Of a stretch of 64,000 nucleotides of DNA, positions 12,170 to 23,929 are shown in pieces (position 1 is the stretch's first letter; every line of letters begins with the position of its first letter). The DNA comes from Mobula birostris (Eukaryota). The stretch is taken from NCBI RefSeq assembly GCF_030028105.1, contig NC_092395.1, forward strand, positions 44,048,459 to 44,112,458. The letters are read 5' to 3'. The notes below the pieces were generated by a model. The model made no database searches. It saw only the letters and a program-made list of their open reading frames with translations, and had not been told where the DNA came from. A program made the position numbers and the translations under genes.

Positions 12170-15030
12170 ATACCGTTACTTCACCCTCTACCGGATGCAC
12201 GCTTTCAATCGCCGCTGTTTCTCCTTCCTCGAGATCGCCCGTCTGCAGACCGCAGAACCCGAGGTCTCGAAACGCACCAGAAGTCCCCAGACCACAATCC
12301 GTTCTGTCACCCCCTTGGACCTCCAAAGATTGGATGCTCTCAGATTACGAATGTCTCCGAATCATCCCCGGACCCGACTGATCTGGACACCTCCGTACTG
12401 GTGACACCAACATCTCCAGCACAGTTCCAACTACACGAGCGGATTCAGAACGCGGATTTCACCGCTGTCAATACTAATTCCAACGACCCCATCACCTTCA
12501 TGCTGCTAAGTGCGCAAGCTCTACCTCGGACTCCCGTGCGACCTTGACCGACAGCAGGTCCGGGCCGAGACTTTATACGCTGCCGCAGAAACTCCAGTCT
12601 CTCTGACCCCCACCATCACTCTGCAGTCCTGTATCTCTCAGGCCCCGCCGTCAGCTCCTGAGGCCACTGATCCCCCACCTTCCTCCCACACCAACCTCCC
12701 TGAACAATGTAAACTTTCTCTCTCCTCACACACTACCAACAGTCTCCACCCCTCTGATCCCAGCTTTAATCATCGCAGGTTCTTCACAATTGCCTCCAAC
12801 TTTTCCCTCTCTGAGGCAGAACGTTCTTTCCTCAGTATGGGCCTCACCTTACTACCCCTGCACCCGCACCTCAGCGAATTCCACGCCTCCATGATGCCGA
12901 GTACTTTTTTTCCCGTCGCCTTCGCCTCCGTGTCTTTTCCTTTGGCAATGACTCTCCAGCCGCACTGATGACCCCCTTCTTCCGTCTTCAATCTTCCTCC
13001 TCCTCCTCTCTGAACACCCCGCTCTGGTCTTCTACCTGTTCTGGATCATTTTATTGCCAAGTGCCCACGGGACATTATCAGTCTCGAATTTCCTCTCCCC
13101 AATTCTAACCTCACTCCCACTGAATGTGCTGCTCTCCGCTCTTTCTACACAAAACACAACCTCATTATCAATCCGGCAGATAACGCGTGGGGGGGGGGGT
13201 GCTGTAGAAGTCTGGCCGACTGATCTCTACCCTCCTGAGGCCAGGTGGCAAGTCTCAAACACTTCCTTTAACTTACCCTTCGAATAGGACCCCACTACAG
13301 AGCACCAGGCCACTTTCTCCAGCACCAGCACCATCCTTATCTTCTCCGGGAATCTCCCATCCACTGCCACCAACCTCATAATAACCTTCCCCGTATTTCC
13401 AGTTTTTACCTCCTACTCAACATCCATAAACCTGACTGTTAAAGTAGACCCATAGTTTCTGCCAGCTCATGCCTTCTGAACTTGTGTCTGCATATCTCAA
13501 CTCTGTTTTATGCCCCCTCTGGTTCAGACCCTACGTACCTACATCGATGACACTTCACACGATCTTGATCTTTGCAGTGACATTGAGCTCCATAACTCCG
13601 ATAACCTCCCACTGCCACCGCAGGGATACGGTTCCTCTTATCCTCGCCTTCCACACCTCCCCGTCCAGCACATAATTCTCCGTGAATTACGCCATATCCA
13701 GTGTGATCACATCATCAAGCAGAGGTTTGCCTCCACACCACTCCCCCCACCTTCCGGTTTCCACAGGGATCTCTCCGTACATGACTCCCTTATCTACTCA
13801 TTCATCCGTACTGATCTCCCTCCTGGTACTTACTCTTGCAAGAGGAACAAGTGCCTCACCTGCTCCTACACATCCTCCTTCACAACCAGTCAACGCCCAA
13901 AACAATCCTTAACGTAAGAGAACTCTTCACGTATGAGTTTGTTGGGTTCTTCCACTGTATTCAGTGCTCCGTGAGTGGTCTCCCGCATGTCGACGAGACC
14001 CAACGTAGATTGGTAGATTGCTTCGCTGAGCACCTTTACTCTGTCCACGACAAAAAGCTTGATTTATGAGTGGCAACCTATTCCCACTCTATAAGTCAGT
14101 CCATGGCCTCTTCCACCGCCACAATGAGGCCATATTCAAGTTGGAATAACAACACATTTAATCCATCTGATTAGCCGCCAACCTGAAAGACCTGAAAGAA
14201 CAAACATCAATTTCTCTAACTTTTGATAATTGCCTTCTTCCTCGCCTTCACATTTCCCCATTTCGACTTCTCGCTCTCAACATCTTCTGACATGCCCATC
14301 ACCTCCCTCTAGTGCTCCATCCCTTCCCGTTCTTCCGTGATATTTTGTCCTCTCCGATCAAAATCAATGGTTCAATTGTTCCATTTAATGTCAGAGAATG
14401 TATAGAACCTGAAATTCTTACTCTTCACAAACATCCACCAAACAGAAGAGAATCCGCAAAGTGTATGACAGAAAAACATTGGAAACCCATTCATACCTCC
14501 CACGCATATACAGCTGCAAAAGCAAGAACCCTTACCCCACCTGCCTCAGTAAAAGCATCACCCCGCCCCCACACCACGCGCCATGGAAGCCATCGCAAAG
14601 CCCACAATGACACCATGATCCATAGTGTATCAGAAAACTATTGTTCATCCCAATAAACCGACATCCACAGGCTCATTCTTTCACTAACGAGAGAGAGAGG
14701 AGGAGACCAATAGCTCGCTGTTTTGATGTTAGTCTGCAGGCCCCCTTCTCCGGCCCTATATCTCTTTGTCCAAACAACTTCCAGCTCTTTACCTTCTCCC
14801 CTTCTTCCGGATTCACCTATCACCTGTCAGCTTGAACTTCTTCCTCTGTTCCCCTGACTTCTTATCTGACTTTTCCCTTTGTCTTCTAGTTCCAATGAAG
14901 CATATCGGCCCAAAACATTGACTGTTTACTCTTTTCCATTGATGCTGCCTGACCTGGTGAGTTGCTACAACATTTTGTGTGTGTTGCTTTGGATTTCCAG
15001 CATCTGCAGATTTCCTTGTGTCAGTGTGGC
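12170..15030 (+). mobile_element. Degenerate Penelope-like element (RT plus GIY-YIG remnants to ~14290; terminal repeat ~14720-15030)
   Basis: HCIQCSVSGLPHVDETQRRLVDCFAEHLYSV (13836-14069) is a degenerate GIY-YIG motif. The region is homologous along its length to 47342-50873. Confidence 0.85.
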
Positions 15031-15694
15031 CTGACACAAAAATGGGGTGATACCTATCATACCGAACACTGTCCCATCAGAATGAAACAATTTATCAGCA
15101 CAAGCATGGAAGTGCTCGTCGCCAGCATCCGTAAATAATATATTGGTGCCTGGCGTGTAATGTGTACAAATGTAGTCATGAGAAATGTGAAGAAATGCAG
15201 ACTAATTGCTGAATTCGGAGGTGAGGCAAGAGTGACAGGCATTAACATTAAATCAGAATTGACCGAGCGACGTCTTGGATGATTCTGAAAATTCTGTTGA
15301 TTTTAAGTAAACAAAAACTTTCCAGAGCTTGGTCTTGGAAACTTCCCTGCTGCTGAGAAACGCATTCTGTCCAGGGGGCAGCTTCGGCTCTTAGAAATTA
15401 AATGTTACAATGCTTGGACTATGCGATGGTAGTGAGTCAAGGAGTGGCTGTTTTCACTTTCCATCTTGTTTTCAATAATGCACCTCCCTGGATACAGGAC
15501 CTTGCTCATTCTCTCCTGTTTATTGTACAATATCTTCTCATCTTTATAGATGTAATATCGGGTTCTGCATTCACAAATTGTACTGCAATCTCTTTCATGT
15601 ATCAGCATTGATACTCTTATCCAACAATGGTTGCGACCACGAAATACCCCGTTTTTAAGAGTGGAAAGAATTAGTTAACTAGAATGGTCTAGAT

Positions 15695-18600
15695 CAAGGT
15701 TTTCCAAACGGGGTTCGGCGAGAGATGGTAATGAATGAACAATAAACCATGGTTTTTTTGAACAGCGCGGACACGCGATGCTGGCGCTTATGGTGGCGAG
15801 CAGTGACCGAGCAGACCCGTTGACAATCTCATTACAGGTTTCTCCGCCCGGAATGGCAGGACGCAGTTTATTTGGCTGAGTTCATTCTCAGTTTTTTCAC
15901 TCAATATAGGGGAGGCCGTTGATAATTGATGAGTGGGGTATTGCGCGGAGGGAAGGACTGTAGGCCAATGAGGAGCGTGAAGAGCGCTTTCCGAGAATTG
16001 AATTGACTCGCCTATTTTTATATCTTATTAACCGCTGTGTTTTACACACGTCTGGCAGGCCAATGTGGCTCTTTTTGAATTACAATCTTCTGGGTAATTT
16101 CATTGCAGTCGTGCAACAACCGACGCAAAACAAAGTCCGTCTTTGCCGTAAAGCTACTTATAAATGGATTTTACATGCCTGATTGAGCCAAGCTGTCGTA
16201 TTTCATTGTGCCCCATCTGTGCCAATCAAGTTATAAATTCAGAAATTGCTGCAGCAAAATTGAAAAGACACTTAACTGCAATTTACAGCCGTATGACACG
16301 TAAAAGTGCTGGTTATTTTAAACGATTATTAAAATCTCAAAACACAAACAGTAAAACTTCTGTTAATAAATTCACAATCGTTAAAAGGGCTCAGGAAGCA
16401 AGTTACATATTAGCATAACTTATTATCCAGAAAAGGAAAAGCCGCACAGTTGCTGAGAGTCTCATAATGCCAGCATATAAAATTATCGTGGGTATAATGA
16501 TAGGACAAGATGCAGTATGAGAAATTGAAAAGGTTTCAAACTCGATGGTGGTGGGTATTTCTACAATTGCGAAGATCAGGAGGGAAGAAGACTCCTCAGG
16601 AGCGACGGCACGATCGTTGTTGACTGTAGAATTCTGGATCTGCAGACTGGAGCAGTTGGGGCAGGAGAGCAGCGGGGATGCGGACGCTTGGGGAGTCGGA
16701 ACCCTCCTGCGTCTCCTCTTCTCTTCAGCAACCACTCTTCTGGATTCCGCAATATTCTTGTCTGCCCCGTGGACCAGCGGTCTCTGTCACAAAACAGCTG
16801 CTGTCACTCTTTAAATTCGACATTTGCCGGAGGGAGCTGCTGTTTAATTTGCTCTTTGTACCTCTTGCTCGGGACACCACGATCTCTCCAGCCCTGAGAG
16901 AGTTCTCCACAGAGTACTGAGCAGAGTACTGCTTTCGATAACCTGGAGTTATCCATGCGAGGCACGTAGTCTGGCCACCGCAGCTGCCTGAGGAACACAT
17001 GGACGTTGAGCCTTCTCCAGGACCTCGTTGTTGGAGACAGGATCTTGCCAGGTGATACTTATGATGCAGCGTAGTCAGCGCTGATGGAAGCGCTCCACTA
17101 ACCGGATTGGATCGCGGCACAAGACCCAGGGTTGGGAGCCGTTTTGCAGTGTTGTGACTACCACAGCCCTGCACACACGGATTTTTGTGGACAGCCGTAG
17201 CTGGTGGCTCTTCCACGCACTTTCCTGGAGGCGTTCGAAAGCACTGGTAGCTCTGGCGTTCGATTGTTTTCGTCCCTTCCTGTCGTAGCGTCCTTGGAAA
17301 TGACGCTGCCCAGGCAGGAGAGCTGCTCAACCGTACTGAGAGGGTGGTCGTCAGTGTTGATCCCAGGTGTGTTGTAAACGCCACGAGGGGGCTTCTGATG
17401 GAGGATCATTGTTTTCTTCAGACTGACGTATTGATTGCATGTCACATAATGCTGTAGAGGTTGTGTGTGATAAACTGAAAAAGAACAGCTTTTCTATCCA
17501 GGTTGATAAGCCAGTAGATTTCACCAATAAATATTATGTTGTAGCATTTGTAAGATGTGCAAATGATGGTGAAATTCAAGAAAAAAACATCCTGTTGCAA
17601 AGAGCTGCCCGGAGCCAGCAAAGGCTATGATATGTTTAAAGTTTTGTCTTAATATCTGGAAACAAATGTCCTGTCTTGGAGGAACAGTGCTGGTATCAGT
17701 ATTGATGTTGCCCCATCAATGGCTCCCGCCTTGAGAGGTTTCGTTTCTCTTGTCCAAGAGAAAAATGCACTGATGTCGGCAGAAAGAGGTACTGATGTCA
17801 AAAAGTCATGGAGATGAAAAGAAGAAATTTCTGGATGATTTTACAAAAATGGTTAGCTTTATTAAATGAAGATCAGTTCACTGGAGAATGTTTAAAATAT
17901 TGTGTGACAACCGGGACAAAGAGCAGACCAATCTCCAGCTACATATAGAAATCCGGTAGCTTAGAGTTATCAACAGGAGGTTTGACCCCAAAGGTGAATT
18001 GCAGCTGTTTTTACCAAGAAAATAGTAGGATGTATTTTGCTGAGTTCTTTGAAGATTAAGAATAGCCGCAGAAACCAGCCTAACGAACAGATGTTTTTGT
18101 CATATAAACCAGTTGAACAAGTCTCTGCGCAGCTCTGTTTAAAATGTTTTGACATCAAGTAACAAGATTCTTCGATCTAAAAGGAAACTGAATCTCTGGA
18201 TAAATCATGTTGCAAAAGGAAATCTTGAAATATTTCCACTGCTACTTGGGCTTGAGAGTAAGGAAGGATCAGAAAGTCTCGAGTCTTATTGAAAACCAAC
18301 TGGAAGAACTGCAGAGCAAAATTGAACGGTATTTTCCCTCTCTTTTAACACAAGTGTATGACTGGGTGAGGGACCCTTTCTCTAAATCATCTTGTCAGCC
18401 TGAGAACTTGACGTTGAGAGAAGAGGAACATTGCGAGAAGAAATCTGTTTGTGCAGTCGAGATAACACGCCACCGAATAAGTTCTGGATTTCAGTGAAAG
18501 AAGTGTATCCCGCGATCACAGGGAAACAATGAACATTTTGCAGTTTTTAACTTCTTACATATAGGAACAAACTTTTTCTTGTTTGACAAGCATCAAGGAT

Positions 18601-18710
18601 TGAGATCATCTCATTTCCGTTCAAGGTGAAATACGTGTGTGCTTATCTCAAGTTCACACAGAATTGAATATTCGTGCGCAAGAAAGTAAGCACAGGTCTC
18701 ATGCTAGGCC
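15695..18710 (+). mobile_element. Degenerate hAT-Buster (ZBED5/ZBED8/FAM200-like) DNA transposon
   Basis: BED-type CPIC...AKLKRHL...YFKRLL...EASY (16164-16418) and MSH.AVEVVCDKLKKNSFSIQVD...VVAFVR (17439-17630). A 5' TIR-like CAAGGTTTTCCAAAC at 15695 is preceded by the 8-mer GTCTAGAT (nnnTAnnn). No 3' TIR was seen. Confidence 0.85.
16545..17430 (-). mobile_element. RTE-clade LINE 3' fragment inserted in the Buster transposase
   Basis: RLSKAVL...GELSQGWRDRGVPSKRYKEQIKQQL matches the RTE C-terminal motif, and the transposase frame resumes after it. Confidence 0.8.
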
Positions 18711-18949
18711 TGTATTTCAGCCTAATCATGTCATTTATGATGAAATGTTTTTCCAATACCTTGAATAAAACTGTCTTTCATATTGTTTTGTCTTCTGGCT
18801 TTTAGTAACTTTACTATTTAACATGTTGTAAGCAGCATTAATTAAAGTCAATTTCCAACCTTTTAATTTCATAACCTTTCAATTTATTAAACAATTTTCA
18901 AAATTAAAGCAGTTAAAGAAAAGAGACCACCTGGCCTACCTGGTATTCA

Positions 18950-19600
18950 GTCTCTTGGCCTTCTGAATTGGTCAGTTAGTACGATAAGGGTTCTTGGCCC
19001 CTTCAAGCCAGTGTCACCATTTCTCCAGAGCCAACTTGACGGCAAGCAGCTCTCTATTTCCACAGTTGTAGTTCTCCTTTCAAAGGATAGCCGCCCGGAA
19101 AAGAACACACATGGTTGCAGTTTATGGGCCAAAGGTGACCTTGAGACAACCTGCACCCACTCCAACGTCAGAGGCGAGATGAATGGACATACTCTTCATG
19201 ACGTCCATGAATTCCTCCGAATCGGAGCAGATCTCCGACCTTCGCTTCTAGTGCGAGGCGGCCCACATGAGGGCTCTCGTGGTCAGGAGACAGAGATCAT
19301 GAAGGCCACCTTTCCGCGCTCTGCATGGAACCAGGCCGGGTGGAGTTGGAACACCAACAAATATTGAGTAAGGAGGCGGTGGCAAGTTCCCTGGGCACCG
19401 CGCAATATTTTCTGGCGTAGGAGGCTCCACAGAGCAACCGACATCCTCACCCGGCTTCCTCCCTGCGATAATTGGCACACGGTGACCTGAAGATCGTGTA
19501 TCTCCAGCCGCGATCTTGAAATTTTCTCGCTGTTGCTGGCCACAGCTGACGAATGACTCTGATACCCCTCTGGGTCCATGTTGCCTCAATCGTACTGTGC
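18950..19600 (-). mobile_element. Ty3/Gypsy (Sushi/PEG10-like) gag remnant
   Basis: MDP start at 19579, then GTCHRLLTQYLLVFQLHPAWFHAERGKVAFMIS...RALMWA, typical of DUF4939/RTL1-like Gag. It is preceded by GTACGAT...CATGGACCC as in these elements. Confidence 0.8.
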
Positions 19601-20873
19601 TGAGAGACCTTGAAGAGGAAGAAGGCTTATCCCAGTCTTTGATCGAGACACGATACAAGACTGAAACTAGAACTGAGAACAAAACAAGGAACTTACGGAT
19701 AATCCATGTTAGCCTACGTTTAAGCACTGGATCTCAGTTCACGTGCTCCTTAAATATTAATTCCTTGTGCCAAATCACGTCCGGTAATATTCCGGGCGGC
19801 CTGAATCTTTAACGGGGCCGCGCCTGCTATCCATATTCCACAGAGTAAGAGCGCATGAATCGTAGATGTTGGCGCGATTAGTACGTGCCATAACACATAT
19901 AACAGGTTGACCAATGAGGTTCGAGAGTCTTTGTTTCAAAAGTGCAATCATGTCGGTTAAAGAGATTCCCATTTGTTCTGGGGATCATCTCCACTCCCTC
20001 AGGAAGGTCGCTGGGAGTGAGCTGCAAAAGAGAAACAAGACAGATTTAGAAAAGTGAGATTGCAACCAAAAGATGTTGGTGACAAAATCAGTTGGCACAT
20101 CATCCTTTATCAGTCAGCATATGAGCATAGGTGTCAAAACATTATACTGCAGTTGTATGAGATAATAGTGAGGCGACACCTGAGGAATTTGTACAGCTTT
20201 CACCCCTCTTTGAAGGAACAAGGTCATTAAGCAGGAATTTTTCAGAATATTGCTATGACTGAGATCTTGTGCTTAAGGAAATGTTGGTCATGCGATGACC
20301 TTTTCATTGAATAGCAGAAGACTGGTATAAAATGTAGAGGGGCACAGACTGGCTGAATACACACAGTTATCTTTTACCAGGGGGAAGTGAATTAAAAACT
20401 AGAGGGCATAGGTTTAAGTTGAGAGAAAGAAGTAGAAGTGACCTGTGTCAGGTTCACTTGCAACTTTAGGAAACCCAGAAAGTGTGGCATTTCAAACAAG
20501 ACCAAAAATAATACAGAAATTAAGCAGGAAGAACTCAGAAAAACTACACAGGATCTTGAAGATCTACATCACTCATAATATCCAGAATATTTGATGGAGA
20601 TATATAAAATGATGAGGGGTGTAGATAGGACAAACACCACAATACAACACGCTGAAAATCCAATGGTAATCGTACAGAGTTTAAGTTTAGAGATGGGAAA
20701 GGTGGGATAGATTCCGCGATACAGGGGAAACCGTAATCTATACATTACAGGTTTAATTCTCTTAACAAGCCTCTTAACAGGGCCCAATGAAGCCAAGAGC
20801 TAGCTTCCAGGATTCTACGTTAAGGGGAACAGCTTGGTAGACCCACAGAAAACAAGGATCCAGTCATTTCCTC

Positions 20874-22350
20874 TTGTTGCTATGGAATTGCTGCCTTATC
20901 GAAGTGAGCCAAAATCCACTTGGCTTTAAGCCATCGATGTTTACAGCACTCGACAAACTGCTGATCAGACGGAACACTGACTTCCACTTCCTGCTCAAGA
21001 AAGAGCGGACGCTTAAGCCCAAATTGACTTTTGAAGGGGCACATGATAGGCGAAGAATGATGAAGTGTGTAAAGAGCTACCTCTGCCCAAGTTAAATGGT
21101 CACTTCCAGAGGACTGGTCTCCAGAAAGAAGGCAATAAAGGGTGAATTCCAAGTCTTGGTTAGTCCCCTCAGTCTGACCATTCGTTGATGGATGAAAACT
21201 GGAAGAAAGGCTAGAAGTAGCTTGAATATCTTTCCAAATGCTTCTAAAACTTAAACACCTCTTTGTCCCTTATTAGCGAGAGAGAGCACCTGTGGTATGT
21301 CAAATTACCGGGAGAAGCAGTAGTCTTTGTGGGACTGCAGGTCTGTGTCTTTAGTCCTTCTTGCCGCATGCTCGAGTGCTCGATGGAGGGCGCTGATGAC
21401 TTCTTGCTGGTGGGGTGAGGTGGCGGGTGGTGACCTTGCTGCTGCATGTGCTGGGGGGGTTCTGGCGTTCTAACGATCTTACTGTCATTCAATCTTTGGG
21501 GCACTCCTCTGTTTTCGTGGATGTTTGCGAAGAAAAACAAGTTCAGTATGCATATTGTTTACATTTCTCTGACATTAAATGTAGCCATTGAACCTATTGA
21601 AGTAACTTGTGAACTCCTGTGAGAGACAATATCAGAAGGAAATCCATGTACCCGAACAAGCCCTGTAATAAAGGTCCGGAATTTCTCGGGCTGTTGGCAA
21701 TGCAATGAGGGAAAAGATTACAAGCCTTGCAAAATCGATCAACAAAAACTAAAATAACGGTAGAGGAGCATGAAAGGGGGAAACGCAGAGGGAAATGGGA
21801 CCAGTGCGACAGGGGATAGGGAGGGAACGGAGAAGACCCTGAGGGAGGAGAATTGGAGTATTTGGAATGGATACAAATGTCAAAGGGTTGGACGAATAAT
21901 CTGATTTCCTGATTAATACCAGGCCACTAATAATCTCTGTTTAATGAATTCTACGGTACGTGAAATTCCACAGTGGGCTATTGTCTTGGATGCATGACCA
22001 CATTTGAACACAGACGCCCGAGATCGGGTGGCACAAAAAGCGGCCAAGGGGAACATAGCTGGAAGCTAGATTACAGCTCTCGAGTGCATTTCTACTTGGG
22101 AATCAATATCCGAAGAGACAGGAGCCAAACGTTTATTTTCTGAAAGTATCGACTCCGGCCGATCTATTGAATAGGGGCTTGGGAGGACGCGGGAATCAAA
22201 TTGCCTAGATAAGGCGTCAGGCTTTAGATTCTTGGAAGCCGGACGATAAGTAATGACACTATTAAATCGGTTAAAGCAATGCACTCCGGTCACATTCTCA
22301 ATTCTTCTGAGCCGTACATACAACAAACGGATGCTCAGCTCCTTCAAACC
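20874..22350 (-). mobile_element. Ty3/Gypsy pol remnant (RNase H end to integrase), interrupted by a ~21300-21600 insertion
   Basis: FNRFNSVITYRPASKNLKPDALSRQF (22066-22347) and PSTNGQTEGTNQDLE...LTWAE...PF..QFG..PLFLEQEVEVSVPS (20880-21200). Confidence 0.85.
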
Positions 22351-22869
22351 AGTGTTGCCACTCTTCTAAGGTTAGTTTCACAGTCAACAACTCACGGCTA
22401 TCTATATCATAATTGGATTCAGCAGTTGATAAAAGCTCCGGAAAGTAAGCGCAGGGATACCATTTTTATTACTGCTGGAAAGTTCGAGAAGGTGGAAGCC
22501 TAGCAATGTCCATCTCCATGGATACGGTAATAAAATAAAGGGAGAGTAACTAGTTATGTTACTGATCAGACTGGATGGAAGTGTGAGTGAGTACCCAACT
22601 GTCGGTATGATGTCGGTCCTTCATCTATATTAATAACTTGCATTTGGGTTCAGAGGGAACACCTTTCATATTTACAGCTGGAGCAATAAATTTAGAGAAT
22701 GATGATAATAGACTTCAAGAAATCCCAGGCAGGCTTAGAGTCCCTTCACTACAAGTTGTCTATCTATTGAGTGACAAATTTGCCACACTGAATCTACAAC
22801 AGATAGATTGTGAACGTATTTGGGAGTAGGCATCCGAGGATCCAGGGCAAATGCAGAACTTGTGTCTAC

Positions 22870-23910
22870 GTGGTAATGCTCAGGTTTGTTCTGTTCACCA
22901 AAAGCAGACAAATCCTATAAACAATCGACGTTACAGGCACGAAGCCTTCATCAGAAGCTGCCAGAATTAGAAAAAAATGGGTGGGAGTGATTGCCGAGAG
23001 AGCAGGTCAATAGCTGATAAGTGCGACCAGGTGAGGTGGTAAGCTGGGGAAGGGGTGGGCGATAGGTGGATTGGGTAAAGGGTTAATGAGGTCGGAAACT
23101 TTAAGAAGGTGACAATGGACCAAAGATCAAAGGGCACGGGGTCCTAAAGGTAGATAATGGTCATGAGTGCGGAGGAGGAGAAGAGAAATGGTGAAAAGGT
23201 AGCCTAAAGGGGAAAGGTATAACGAGAAGGGTAGAATAGGAGAGGTTAGAAAATACTGGAAGTTGGAGAAATTTTTGTTCATGCCTTGAGTTTCGAGGCT
23301 AACCAAACGGAATATGAGGTGCTGCACTTCCAAACTGTGTCTGGCCTCGTCATGGCTGCAGAGCAAGTTGAATGGAAATCGTGGCAACAGAGAGATGCTG
23401 GCTTTCTCGGAGAGCAGAGAGAAGATGCTTGATGAAGCACTCTCACCAATATAGAGAAGTCGGCGCCAAGAACACCGATACAATAAATCACCCGGGGAGA
23501 TTCGCAGTTGAAGCATTTCCTCACCTTGAAGGACTGTTTGAGGACATGAATGATGAAGGTAAAGGACTAGTACTTGTGACAGTGGCAGGGATAGGTGCCA
23601 GGAGGAGGATTGGTGGTGAAGGATGTGTGGACAAGAGAAAAATGTAGGAGCAATATCTAAGGAAAGCACTGAGATGTGTCTGCTGATGGGGTATCGAAAG
23701 AGATGGCAGATTTGCGGAAATTTATGCACTGGAAGTAGAGTCCAGATGGAAAGGATGACCTATTCCTGTTACAATGGGGATAAGATGGACCATGGGCAGA
23801 TGTGTGAAAATGGAGGAGATGTGGGTGAGGGCAGCATCAATGATAAAAGAAATCCTCCTTTTTGTAAATTAATGAGAACATCTCACATGTCCCAATTTCT
23901 AGAGTGGAAA
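22870..23910 (-). mobile_element. Penelope-like 3' fragment with GIY-YIG remnant and degenerate hammerhead (22921-22957)
   Basis: FNCESPRVIYCI..., CSWRRLLYIGE, SLEVQHLIFRLVSLETQGMN. Confidence 0.85.
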
Positions 23911-23929
23911 GTTTAAGAACAGATGCGGC

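Noticed and set aside
16164-18497. Domesticated ZBED5/ZBED8-like host gene
   Set aside because: Multiple stops and frameshifts, an RTE insertion and a retained TIR indicate a dead transposon.
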